Shown: positions 13,605-25,996 of the stretch, one piece after another
Numbering within the stretch: the first letter of the stretch is position 1
How the letters are laid out: each line of letters starts with the position of its first letter
Origin: Eledone cirrhosa
Taxonomy: Eukaryota
Assembly (NCBI GenBank): GCA_964016885.1
Contig: OZ024743.1
Span: 306,528,001-306,592,000, forward strand
Direction: 5' to 3'
DNA: 64,000 bases
Translations under genes and position numbers: made by a program
Notes under the pieces: generated by a model
Databases searched by the model: none
Told to the model about the DNA's origin: nothing
What the model saw: only the letters and a program-made list of their open reading frames with translations

Positions 13605-13610
<6 letters not shown>
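13068..13610 (+). mobile_element. Second hammerhead mini-element: ~429-nt unit with ~110 bp terminal direct repeat, ending in (TA)n
   Basis: 13068-13181 is repeated at 13497-13610, with an internal hammerhead at 13300-13340. Confidence 0.7.
13300..13340 (+). ncRNA. Minimal type I hammerhead ribozyme
   Basis: CGTTG-CTGACGA-T-AGCT(AATA)AGCT-T-GAAA-CTAA-TA^CAGCG. Stem III ACTAAT is one change from the palindrome ACTAGT. Confidence 0.75.
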
Positions 13611-13650
<40 letters not shown>

Positions 13651-13707
13651 CTCTTTTACTCTTTTACCTGTTTCAGCCAACCGGTTGAGGCCATGCTGGG
13701 GCACCGC

Positions 13708-13744
<37 letters not shown>

Positions 13745-13811
13745 CAAGGAAAAGCAAATAAAGAAAAATTTTTAAATAAATTTCAAAAAATTGACTGTAC
13801 TTACTATATGT

Positions 13812-13896
13812 GCCTTTACCGCGGTTTCAGATCCCCAAAAAACAATTAGATAATCTAAGCGGGTTTCCATTGAGAAAGAGATCCTCGTCAGAAGGC
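13812..13896 (-). ncRNA. Type I hammerhead ribozyme with large loop II
   Basis: Minus strand GCCTT-CTGACGA-GGATC..(~45 nt)..GATCT-GAAA-CCGCGG-TA^AAGGC, with palindromic stem III ACCGCGGT. Confidence 0.85.
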
Positions 13897-14064
13897 TTTT
13901 CTCTCATGGAGAATATTATAAGATTCCCGAGTTCAAAATATAAACTGGCGCCATACAAAACTGCCCCAACAAATGAATGATGAAGCAATTTTGTCTAGTA
14001 CCGTGTGGAAAGATTAAAAGCAAGGTGGACAGGTCAATCTCTCGCTACTAAAAATAGCAGCCGT

Positions 14065-14250
14065 TGTGGATTGGCAGTATCAGTAGAGTGTCGGACGCCA
14101 TGCTTTCCAGCATAGTTACGTCCCTTTACGATCTGAGTTCAAATCCCGCCGAGGTTGACTTTGCCTTTCTCCCTTACGGGGTCGATAAAATAAAGTACCA
14201 GTAATGCACTGGATAATTGCTGGCCTTGTGCCTGAAGTAGAGACAGTTAT
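14065..14250 (+). mobile_element. tRNA-derived SINE family A; other copies at ~12630-12715(-), 21140-21290, 44840-44976, 48445-48600, 48655-48835, 51305-51495, 51945-52072
   Basis: A-box-like TGGCAGTATCAGTAG, B-box GAGTTCAAATCCC and a shared core CCGAGGTYRACTTTGCCTTTCATCCTTACGGGGTCGATAAAATAAAGTACCAG in all copies. Confidence 0.85.
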
Positions 14251-14261
14251 ATATATATATA

Positions 14262-14562
14262 TTCTTTCAAACACCCTGAAAAAAGAACACCAACGGCGCT
14301 TGCAAATAAAGTGTGGGAGTTCAAAGACAAAAACATTCCGTACACTATTGATTGGTCTATTTTAGACCATTCAAAAGAATATCAAAGGGGCACAAAGAAA
14401 TGTTCTTTGAGCACCACGGAAAAATTTAGAATTCTCCAAAACTTGAAAGCCCCTTCCACTTGCCTCAACTCAAAGACCGAGATCTTCAGATGTTGTCCGC
14501 ATCTGAAAGTGCATCTACTTTTTAACTGGATTAACATTCCTACGATTATTCAACCACCTTGA
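14262..14562 (+). pseudogene. 3'-terminal fragment of a PLE ORF (C-terminal GIY-YIG tail)
   Basis: T-A-L-A-N-K-V-W-E-F-K..W-S-I-L-D..Y-Q-R-G-T-K-K-C-S-L..TEK..LNSKTEIFRCCPH matches the C-terminal tail of the element at 33544-35536. It starts abruptly after (TA)n. Confidence 0.75.
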
Positions 14563-15106
14563 GCTTCTTTTTTACTCATCACGCCTTCCACTAACCACGA
14601 ATATTATTACCCATATATACTTTTTCTCCCTCATCTCCTTCTACATATCGCTTTATTTTTATATTTTTATTTTTATTTTTATTTTTATTTTTATTTTTAT
14701 TTTTATTTTTATTTTTATTTTTATTTTTATTTTTATCATTTTTTTCAGTTGACATATAATCCCCCCTACTTTCTACCTTACCTTTTACACATATACACCC
14801 ACCACCTTTATCCTTTACTCAGTTCACTTTTTAAACAAATACTCTTATCTAGATCTCATCACAAACCTTTTACAATACTTTTTTCCCTTACCTGTTCTTA
14901 ATAATTGTGTTTATTATTTTATTTCAATTTTATTCCGCTTTTGTCCTTACTTACCCACTAGGTTTGTTAATGTACTCACATAGGGTTGTGTGCGGGCGCA
15001 TATGCAGACAGGCTTATGTGTACATACATTTATAGTATTTTGCTTATTTAATTGTATGTGTGTGTATTTGTGTATGTGTGTGTGTATGTGTGCGTGTATA
15101 TATATG

Positions 15107-15228
<122 letters not shown>

Positions 15229-15239
15229 TGTGTGTGTGT

Positions 15240-15277
<38 letters not shown>

Positions 15278-15684
15278 ATGTATGTGTTTGTATATATATA
15301 TATGTGTGTGTGTGTGTTTGTATATGTTTATATTATATTCATATATGGTTATATGTATGTGTTTACATATATATTTGTGTGTATGCGGTTGTATATATGC
15401 TTTTGTATATATGGGTTGTTTTTTAGTGTGTATGGATTTACGTATGGTTTTTTGTATGCGTGTGTTGATTTCTTATTACGTGCGTGTGCGCGCACGCATT
15501 TATGTACGTATGTACGTAGATTATGAACCAATGCTCTTTATTGTAGGCTTTTATGTGTATGTATGTGGATGTGTGTGTATATTTGGTTGTATGCATGTTT
15601 ATATATACGTGTGTATGCGTGTGTATGTGTATATGTATTTTTGCACGCATGTGTATATGTACGTATGTTTATTTTATATTTTGG

Positions 15685-15747
<63 letters not shown>

Positions 15748-16269
15748 CATTTGTGTATGTGTTTTTTACGTGTGTATGCGTATTTATGCATGTTTATGTG
15801 TGTGTGCGTGTGTATGTATGTGTGTATATATATATATTTATATATATATATTTATGTATATACACATCCAGTGTATTTGTTTATTTTAGTTGTTTTTATT
15901 TCCCCCCAAACACTCATACTTATCGTTGTCAATACGTCTCCTTTTGTCTTTATTTTGTTTTTGACTTTTTTTGCTCTTATTCATTTATTTATTTATTCTT
16001 ATTACTTCATGTATATGTATGTGTATTTATGTCCCTGTCTGTAGACGCATATACGCTTATGTGAAAAAGTTTACGTCTACGTACTTTTTAAGTATATGCG
16101 CGTGGATGAGTGTGCATATGTTTACTTTCTGGATATTTATTGTTTATATATATATATTTTTTTATATTCTTTTTTCCTTCTTCTTTTTTGCCCATTTTTT
16201 TCTCAGCCTTACTTTCATATTTCTTAAATTTTGTTTTCAAATCCATATTTAATAAAAACACCATGTTTT

Positions 16270-16328
16270 TTATTCATTCTGACGACTGAAAACATCTGCT
16301 TTCAAGAAACCACTGGTAAATGAAATAA
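16270..16328 (+). ncRNA. Type I hammerhead at the end of the microsatellite-expanded 3' UTR of the 14262 PLE fragment
   Basis: TTATTCATT-CTGACGA-C-TGAAA(ACATCTGC)TTTCA-A-GAAA-CCACTGG-TA^AATGAAATAA. Confidence 0.85.
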
Positions 16329-16421
16329 TTATCTTATGTTGTTTATTACAAAAGTCATAAACTCTGTAGCCTACATAGAGCACTCTTTCTTCCTGTACCT
16401 TTCCGACGGAATTACTTCATT

Positions 16422-16486
<65 letters not shown>

Positions 16487-16617
16487 GTGAGGGTTTTTTA
16501 CAAAATGAAAAATAACCGAGGTGTCCTACACGAGTGAAAGTATAAAGAAAAAAAAGAGATGAAATCGAAAATGCAACTGGAGTCTTATTTTTAAAAAAAT
16601 ATATATATTTATTTGGT

Positions 16618-16657
16618 TCCTTTACCGGTTTCGCAATTCTTCTGCTTTTCAAAAGTA
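16618..16657 (-). ncRNA. Variant hammerhead (U3-A8 core, UUGAAAA); inverted copy at 18268-18307(+)
   Basis: CTT-TTGAAAA-GCAG(AAGAA)YTGC-GAAA-CCGG-TA^AAG, with palindromic stem III ACCGGT. Confidence 0.7.
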
Positions 16658-16976
16658 GAGTTGAGATGGAGGGTCTGTCGTTTTTCTCACATCTGGTTGG
16701 TCTTTGAATGTTACTTGTTTTATATGGAAAAAAGTGGCTCGAAACGCCAGGTTTTTAGAGAAGTAATTTGATTGGTTGGTCAGTAAGTATAATAAATTTC
16801 GCGCCAGTTCGCGTTACAAAGTTCTTCAAATAAGGGGGGGTGCTCAGGTTGCTTTTTTTTCATATATGAGTGTTTGAATTACCTTTTACTTAAAAAAGGG
16901 GGCTCACGAAGCCTTTTTCCAAAAGAAATGTAATCTAGGAGTATGGTTAGCATGTTAAGATGAAGAGAATATATAT

Positions 16977-17159
<183 letters not shown>

Positions 17160-17357
17160 GAAAATGATTCCGTTAGTAGGAATATTTTTGAATGAACATA
17201 TTTTCCTTACTTATTCGTATTTGTTCTGTTGTATTGTCAGCGCAAACGTATGTTAAGGTTTATTTAGTTCGGGTTTTTATTTTCTAATGTAGAAGGTGTT
17301 ATGTGTGTACGTGTCTGTTTGGATTGTTAGCATGTTATGGTGTTGACATAATGTATA

Positions 17358-17873
17358 TTAAACCATATTTAATGCTGGTCTATATTTTTGAATAAACATA
17401 TTTTCCTTATTTATTCGTATTTGTTCTGTTGTATTGTCAGCGCAAAGGTAAAATGGGAAGACTTGGAATTTGGGTGTCTTATTACTTGCGCAAATGTCTA
17501 GATGTGCGCTTAGTGGTATCTGTCTCGTGGTTGGATTTCGTAATTGTTGGCGATGAACTGTCATTCTATTTCTGAGTGTGAGTTTAGTTTGTCCTATATA
17601 ATCTTCATTGCATCCTTTATATTTAATGGCATAAACTAGATTTTTTGATGAGCAAGTGAAGTGATTTTTTACAGTAAAATGTTGTCCTGATTTAAATGTA
17701 TACGTGTTGCTTTCAATGAGGTGAGTGCACGTTCCACAATTAGAGCGACCACATTTTTTTACAGTTGGTTGTGGGTTTGTGGTAGGTAATTTGTCATTGG
17801 TGAGTAATGTTTTCAGTGATTTCGGTTGTCTTTTGCTTTTGATTATTTTGTGTGTTTCAAGGACTTTTTTCAT
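17358..17873 (-). CDS. PLE C-terminus: Cys-rich linker plus GIY-YIG endonuclease (truncated)
   Basis: CGRSNCGTC..FTCSSKNLVYAIK..DYIGQT..LRNRMTVH..KENMFIQKYRPALN. Confidence 0.85.
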   Translation of the reverse strand: MKKVLETHKIIKSKRQPKSLKTLLTNDKLPTTNPQPTVKKCGRSNCGTCTHLIESNTYTFKSGQHFTVKNHFTCSSKNLVYAIKYKGCNEDYIGQTKLTLRNRMTVHRQQLRNPTTRQIPLSAHLDICASNKTPKFQVFPFYLCADNTTEQIRINKENMFIQKYRPALNMV

Positions 17874-18367
17874 TCTTGGGTCTTGTTTCAGTAGTGGGAT
17901 GTTCTTGTGAATAGTGTTGTAAGCTTCCGCATTTCTTCGGTTGTGTGTTGAGATATATGATAGAATATTGGACGTACCTTGAATTTGTTTCTGTTTTTGT
18001 AATTCAGTGTTTGAGTTACCTTTTTTTAAGTAAAAGGTAATTCAAACACTCATATATGAAAAAACAACCTGAGCACACAGCCCCCCCCCCCTTGTTTGAA
18101 GAACTTTGTAACGCGAACTGGCGCGAAATTTATTATACTTACTGACCAACCAATCAAATTACTTCTCTAAAAACCTGGCGTTTCGAGCCACTTTTTTCCA
18201 TATAAAACAAGTAACATTCAAAGACCAACAAGATGAGAGAAAAACCACAGACCCTCCATCTCAACTCTACTTTTGAAAAGCAGAAGAACTGCGAAACCGG
18301 TAAAGGAACCAAATAAATATATATATATTTTTTAAAATAAGACTCCAGTTGCATTTTCGATTTCATC

Positions 18368-18430
<63 letters not shown>

Positions 18431-18629
18431 GATAGATTCGTGAGCTTTTATTGCTTGCATTTACTAGTCTACAATGTTATTTAAATTGCGTTCATAACGG
18501 GGCAGGTATAAAACAGTTTCTTTTTTTCTAAATTTTGTTAACTGATTTTCCTATATAAATGCTTCTAACAATTTCAAATCAATGCAGTTTGTTAAGTACT
18601 TTAAGCACGGAATTCTACGCTCTTCACTC

Positions 18630-18717
<88 letters not shown>

Positions 18718-18971
18718 TTAGCATGCTGCGTTTCATTTTTCTCGTTTGTATAAGTAACCTACACACATACATACACACATACATATATATGTTTAAGTAC
18801 AAATCTCTCTCTCCTTCTTTCTGTATATATATATGTGTGTGTGTTTGTGTGTGTGTCTGTGTATTTATATACATATGGATGCATAGATACACACACAAAG
18901 ACAAAAACATATATATACATATGAATTCCAGATGCATATTGAGTTTTACATGTATAAACTATATATAAATG

Positions 18972-19009
<38 letters not shown>

Positions 19010-19044
19010 CGGGGGGAGGGAGACTGACAGACAGATACATATGA

Positions 19045-19099
<55 letters not shown>

Positions 19100-19719
19100 T
19101 TACACACGTGTGTGTGTAATATATATGTGCATATATATGTATCCGCATATATATTACGATTGTAATTGTGTAAAAATACAACACAGTATATATAAAACTA
19201 ACGTGATTATGTAAAATAAGAATATTATCAAGATTTTTACGATAATCATTAATCGATAACGTGTTTATTTATCATTTAATATTTATTATTTTACTACTAG
19301 AAAATGGCTTCTCCAGATTTAGGGGAATACCTAAAAAATATAAAATATCAAGATTCAGAAATATGGATGCGAATAAGAAGCGAAGCAGGATATTTTTCCT
19401 CTAAAATATCTATTATAAAAGTTTGGATATTATTACAACTACCAAATCAAAGATTCAGGTAAGGTTTTTATGTAATGGAGATATCTCGGAGAGAATTACG
19501 TTGAAACGAGAAAATTGAAAAAAAAAGATCAAAACGAGACAAATATATGGCGGACATTATTGTTAATATTTTTTTTCTTTCTAAGTTTTACCTGCTTTTA
19601 TATCTTTGATTATACGTTAATGGATATAATAAAATTAGACTTGTATATATATATAAGATCAATTCCAGGAAGTAGAGTATATACATATATATATATGTGC
19701 GTGTGTGTGTGTGTGCGTC

Positions 19720-19761
<42 letters not shown>

Positions 19762-19983
19762 TGTGTGTGTGTGTATACATATATATATAAATATATGTAT
19801 ATGTATTATGTATATATGTGCGTGTATATATATATATATAAAATATGCATACATACAGTAGTTTATACAAACCTCAAAATCTATAAACCCGAAACCACTA
19901 AGCTCGCATATCTCTATATAATATCCTCATACAATATCTATCTATATGTATATCTCGATATATGTATATATGTATCTAAATCT

Positions 19984-20060
<77 letters not shown>

Positions 20061-20065
20061 CATAC

Positions 20066-20098
<33 letters not shown>

Positions 20099-20171
20099 TA
20101 ATACATATATATATATAAATATGAATATTTATATATATATATATGTATTATATATATATATATATATATAC

Positions 20172-20228
<57 letters not shown>

Positions 20229-20237
20229 ACATATGTT

Positions 20238-20356
<119 letters not shown>

Positions 20357-20987
20357 ATCTCCGTATAACTCTTTAAATATCTAATAGTGAAGTAATGACA
20401 AGGAGAGAGAAATGTGCAAAACTGGATGGTCGCGACGACTTCAATAAGAAACGTTGTAATACTTAGTGAAATTCTGACATATTTATAGAGAGAAAGCCCG
20501 TTGCTGTTATGTAATCAACATCTTAGACAATTACTGTGATAGAAGAGGGAAATCTATGAGATGTACAGCAATAGCAAACTCTCAATGATCTTTGGTCACG
20601 TATGTTTGAAACTGGTGGCTCTGTGGGTAGTGACAGTAGTAAGGGTAGTGTATGTCGTATGAGAGAGGAGAGGGTTGTGTGAGAGATGATAGGGCGGTGT
20701 GGCAGTGGTGAGGGTGATGCTAATGGTGAGGATGGTATGAGGGTGGTGAGGGGGGAAAGAGTGGTGACAGTGGTGAGGGTGGTGTTGGTGGTGAGAGTAC
20801 AGTATTTTTTAGTCTGATGAATCTGTATAACATGCGGTTGTTAAGAGTGCAAAAGCATCGAACGTTCAATTATTCAAACGATACGTATTGTTTTATACGG
20901 ATATATATGTATATGTGTGTATGCGTGTATGTGTATATGTTTATATATATATATATGTATATGTATTCGGCAACCTGGCCAGTTCGC

Positions 20988-21060
<73 letters not shown>

Positions 21061-21319
21061 GCAGGGCAAAGAGGCCGTCATCTCGGTAATATATATATAT
21101 ATACATATATAAAAGAAAGTTTCGCTCATAATTGCAAACGATACCATGCTTTCTAGCATAGTTACGTCCCTTTACGGTCTGAGGTCAAATGCCGTGGAGG
21201 TGAACTTTGCCTTTCATCCTTACGGGGTCGATAAAAATACCAGTAATGTACTGAGTAATTGCTGGCCTTGTGCCAAAAGTAGAAACAATTATTAATATTT
21301 GAAAAACTCAGATTACATT

Positions 21320-21431
<112 letters not shown>

Positions 21432-21601
21432 TATAGATAGGTAAATATACACGGGTGTGTATGATTGTGTATAGAAGATTATATTAATAAGAGGAATTCC
21501 AACTTTGTCTGATTTACTCGTTTTATTTACAATCCTTTAAAATATATATAATGGTATTATAATGAAATAGTATGATAGAATATTAAATTCTAAGTGTTAA
21601 T

Positions 21602-21640
21602 TGAACAAGTACTTTCATGCTTTCGCAATCTTCAGGTTCA
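21602..21640 (-). ncRNA. Minimal type I hammerhead in PLE 3' UTR
   Basis: TGAAC-CTGAAGA-T-TGC(GAAA)GCA-T-GAAA-GTAC-TT^GTTCA: GNRA-capped stem II and palindromic stem III AGTACT. Confidence 0.88.
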
Positions 21641-22015
21641 TGATATGTGGTGACAGTCGAGTTTGCAATTTTCAACTGTAATGAGATGGGTAAATTTCCT
21701 ACCTTTTATACATTTTATACAGAGAAAAGTGGCTCCAGAATGCAAAGCCCTGTAAACTGTATTTCGACCAATCAGTGTGTAGTTTCACTGAATTACTACA
21801 GCTGATTGGTTTAAGCGTCACGGCTGGTTGAGCATGCTAACGACCAATAGTCATATCCAACGTATCAATTGTTTTGCTTTTTTGAAATGATGAAAATAGC
21901 ATTTTCTATTAATCATCACCATCAACATCACTTTTATTATTATTATTATTGTTGTTGTTGTTGTTGTTAGTGGTCGTGGTCATAGTGGTAGTAGAAGTAA
22001 TACCCCTAGGCGTTA

Positions 22016-22840
22016 TTATTGTTCATTTAGCTTGGGTTTGAATTTATCAATAAAATTCTTTTCTTTGATTTTTCTCTTGATTTCACTTGGGCTGTGTAAT
22101 TTGTAGAATGGGAATATTATAAATATTCCCTGACCACATGTTGCCAGGTGACCGCTTAGGGGTATCTGACGGACATTTGGGTCTCTGATTTGTTGACGGT
22201 GTACCCGTGCACGTTCCGATAGTGCATTTCCAGTTTGACCGACATATAGTTCTTCACAATTCGGGCATTTAATGCAGTAAATTAGATTTCTGCTTTTGCA
22301 GTTCATATTTGCATTTGTGAATATTTTTCCAGTTTTTGTTTTCATATATTGACCGGCGTGTATGGATTGACATGTGCCGCATCGATTATCATTGCATTTA
22401 GATACAGTGAATGATTGGTCTTTGTTGTTAAGGTCAAACTTTGCTTTTGTTAGCAATTGCTTCAAATTTTTTGGCTGTCTTTTACTAAGAGTCAAAGATC
22501 GATCTGTGATTAAGCCTTTTAATTCATTACTTTGAGCAATGATCGGTAGGTTTGCTTTGGCAGTGTTGAAGATATTCTGGTGACATGGGTTGTGTGTCAT
22601 TATAAATGGTATGACCAGTTCTTGGTTTCTTCTTCTTTGGGTTGTTCTAAGTTGTTGTATAGGTATTTTTATAGCCCGCTGTATGCCATTTTCTATAAGT
22701 AGAGATGGGTATTTTTGTTTGAGCAAAAATTCTCTTAGTTCTGTTAGGCGTATCTTCTGGTATTCGTATCTTCTACAATGGTACAGATTCTTCTGGCTAG
22801 GCAGTATGGGATGTTGCGTTTTGTATGAGGTGGATGCAGT
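22016..22840 (-). pseudogene. 5'-truncated PLE ORF: RT thumb, Cys linker and GIY-YIG
   Basis: HPPHTKRNIPYCLARRI (frameshifted) then LLKQKYP..CNDNRCGTC..MNCKSRNLIYCIKCPNCEELYVGQT..KEKNFIDKFKPKLN. Confidence 0.88.
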
Positions 22841-23000
22841 GGCGGATTGGCCAGTTTGACCAATGGCAAGAGGGCCCTATGCAGCCCAAAGTAACATTGC
22901 AAAAGCCCACAGTAGCATTGCGGGGCCCACTGTAGTATTTTAGGGGCCAATGCTTTGCTTTCAGAAAATACCTCAAATCTAAGACAGAATAAATTTTTTT
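22837..23000. mobile_element. Probable hAT-type MITE end adjoining the PLE 5' truncation
   Basis: Starts CAGTGGCGGATT with internal GGGCCC motifs. Partner TIR not found. Confidence 0.3.
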
Positions 23001-23167
23001 TTAAATAAATAACACAATTAAGCAAAGCATTTGGTCAACCAATTCCTCGGGGAATTAATAGAAACGAAATTATATGATAGTGCCAATAGCTTGAATCAGT
23101 GGTTGTACATTCTACTAAATCTAAAGCTTAGTGTTTTCATTCATGCATGCAAACATATATATATATA

Positions 23168-23253
23168 TAGAAGTGGTAACACAACAATTAGTTCACCATA
23201 CCGAGAACAGTTGTTCTCGGTATGGTGAACTAATTGTTGTGTTACCACTTCTA
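23168..23253. repeat. Perfect ~42-bp-arm hairpin abutting (TA)n
   Basis: TAGAAGTGGTAACAC...CCGAGAACA-GT-TGTTCTCGG...GTGTTACCACTTCTA. Confidence 0.92.
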
Positions 23254-23557
23254 CCTAACTCGTCCCATGGACTGAGTGCTATACCACTCCGGATATTACC
23301 TTCCAGTGTTCTACCTCTCTCTCTCTTATGGGTGCAAACAAGTCCTGGCTCAGGTGTAATGATAAGAGGGTGTTAAAGTTTGCTTGAAGCATTGGGAAAT
23401 GTGTAAAATACGTAGTTTAGAAAGCCACAACAATGCAGAGGGAAATCTCGAGGTAGGAAGTGAATGATAGATAGGAGAAACAGGAGAAAGTGAAAATTGA
23501 GAGAGACAAAGATGAAAACAAAACAAAGGTAGAAGGGTTACCGTAGTGGAGATTTAA

Positions 23558-23593
23558 TCCCAATATTTCGGGCTCACGCCCATCAACGGGGGA
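23558..23593 (-). ncRNA. Degenerate hammerhead in the 3' region of the 24195 PLE
   Basis: TCCC-CCGTTGA-T-GGGC(GTGA)GCCC-GAAA-TA-TT^GGGA: stems intact, two core substitutions versus CTGATGA. Confidence 0.55.
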
Positions 23594-24194
23594 AAGTTCC
23601 AAAAGGGGGGGAACAGGCTAAGCGGAGAAAGTTGTGATGTCGTTAAGACAGGAATGCCGTTATGGGGAGAAAATGATTTAAAATTTAAACGAGGGAAAGA
23701 ATGCGCGTGCGCGTGATAGGCTGTGGCAAAAGCTACTGACCAAATGGGTTAAATCAAGAGGGTGCGCTAGCGTGTGAAAGCCGTAAAATATGTGTGTGTA
23801 AATATATATGTGTGTGTAACTGTGTGTGTATATGTGTAAGTGTGTATATGTGTGAGTGTGTGTGTGTGAAAGATAGTGGGCTGTAGAAGCTGGAAATCAA
23901 AGGGTGTGAAAGGTGGTAGGTTGTAAAACATGTGTGCGTGTATAAATATAGATGTGTGTGTGTAAGCGTATGGGTATACATGTGTGTGTAACTGTGTGTG
24001 TATATGTGTGAGTGCGTTTGTGTGTGAAAGATAGTGGGCTGTAGAAGCTGGAAATCAAAGGGTGTGAAAAGTGGTAGGTTGTAAAAACATGTGTGCGTGT
24101 ATAAATATAGATGTGTGTGTGTATGCGTATGGGTATGCATATACGTGCGTGTGTGTGAAAATAGCAGGCCGTAGGCTGTGAATGGTCACTATGG

Positions 24195-25443
24195 TTAAGT
24201 TAGCCATGTCGGCTCATTTCTCTCAGCTCGGTTGTTAAGTGGGGGTCTGAGGTTCTTAATAACAAGTGCTTCCTTTATCCTTAAGGATCCGATGCTGCGT
24301 TCAGTCGCTAGGACTGTGACCAAGGGTCTACCCTGTGGGTTTCCGCATTTAAGGATGTGTTTACGGAAGGAAGATGCGTTGGTGTTGATATGTTCCTTGA
24401 TACGAACATGTAGGGGTCGGATGGTGCTACCTATGTAAAACTTGTTACATTTATCGCATTGAATCTTATATACGACATAGGTGCGTAGGAAATCTGCCCC
24501 CCGTATCGGGCAGTTGCTGAGGGAACACGTCCCATCTGACTCGTCGGGTTTGTTGGAGAGGCATCTTCGCAGCGAAGGTCCTGTGTGGGCCAAATGTATG
24601 TCAAGTCCCTCCGTCCGTATGGCCCTGCGGATGGCGTTCGTGGTATATTCACTCAGGTGGGGGATTTTAAAGAAGCACCTGCTTTTATTTAAGTTTCTAG
24701 TGGGTGTCTGTCTATTGGGTCTGGGGTCTCTGATTCCGTTAATCAGTCGCTTGGGATAGCCATTAGATCTGAGTAGATTACGGAATTGCGTGGTATGGGT
24801 GAGACCACCCATCGGGTCGCTGCATCTGTTAGTGATCCGTGTCAGTTCATTTAGGACATAGCCTCTCTTAGCGTTGTTGGGGAGGGCTGAGTTGTAATGC
24901 ACAAATAAGTCCTTGCACGCTGCTTTGCGGTAGAAGGTGGTGTTTATGTCTCCTTCCTCCGAGATGTTGATACGGAAGTCGAGGAGGGCGAGTGACCCGT
25001 CTTCTCCTGGGTGTTCGATGGTGAAATCGACGTGATGGTCAGTATCGTTGAAGATTTGGTGAATTTCATTCGCCATCTCCCGGGAAGAAGTAAGTATCAG
25101 GATGTCATCAACGTATCTGGAGTAGAATGCGACGGCGTTGGGTTGGCAGGTATTGAGTGCCTTGCGTTCCAGGTGGTCCATGTACGAGATCGCAAGTATG
25201 CCGGACAGACTAGAGCCCATAGGTAGCCCAGAGATTTGTTTGTACGTGTGACCGAGGAAATTGAAGAGTGCATTATCCACAACGAAGGAGAGGAGTTGGT
25301 GGATGTCCGTGTGTGTGAGTCCGAAGCAGTGTAAGTTAGATGCTCGGACTCGTTCGGTCAACAGGTCGACGGCTGGGGATGCTGGTACGGAGGTATAAAG
25401 GGCGACCACATCAAGACTGAAGGCATAACCGTAGTCCTTTCTG
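24195..25443 (-). CDS. 5'-truncated PLE RT plus GIY-YIG (open from RT motif A to the stop)
   Basis: SLDVVALYTSVP, YKQISGLPMGSSLS, YSRYVDD, LALLDF, VVYKIQCDKCNKFYIGST, LRIKEAL..PPLN. The upstream part of the ORF-track call is microsatellite. Confidence 0.92.
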
Positions 25444-25444
25444 G

Positions 25445-25477
<33 letters not shown>

Positions 25478-25514
25478 CGAGAGAGAGAGGGAGGGAGAGA
25501 GAGATATATAGACA

Positions 25515-25599
<85 letters not shown>

Positions 25600-25883
25600 C
25601 TTATAGAATGGAAGTTTGTTTGTACGTTGACTGGTGGTTTATACATTCATCTCATTTCTTTCTATCTATATCTCTCTATCTCACTTAATGTCTCTCATTA
25701 TCTCTTTCTCTTTATATATCTCTCTCTCTCTCTTTCTCTCTCTATCTTTCTATATATGAGCATTTCTCTCTCCCTCCTCCCCCTCTCTCGCTTTATATAT
25801 ATATATATATATCTATATATAAATTTTGAGTGTGTTGGTTGTTTACCGACACTTCAGTATACAGGTAGGGGCACTCAACGATA

Positions 25884-25996
<113 letters not shown>

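Noticed and set aside
18590-18635. Degenerate hammerhead-like strings here (minus strand), at ~20835-20870 and at ~39140-39180
   Set aside because: Multiple core substitutions and weak stem I. They may be relics but cannot be supported by eye.
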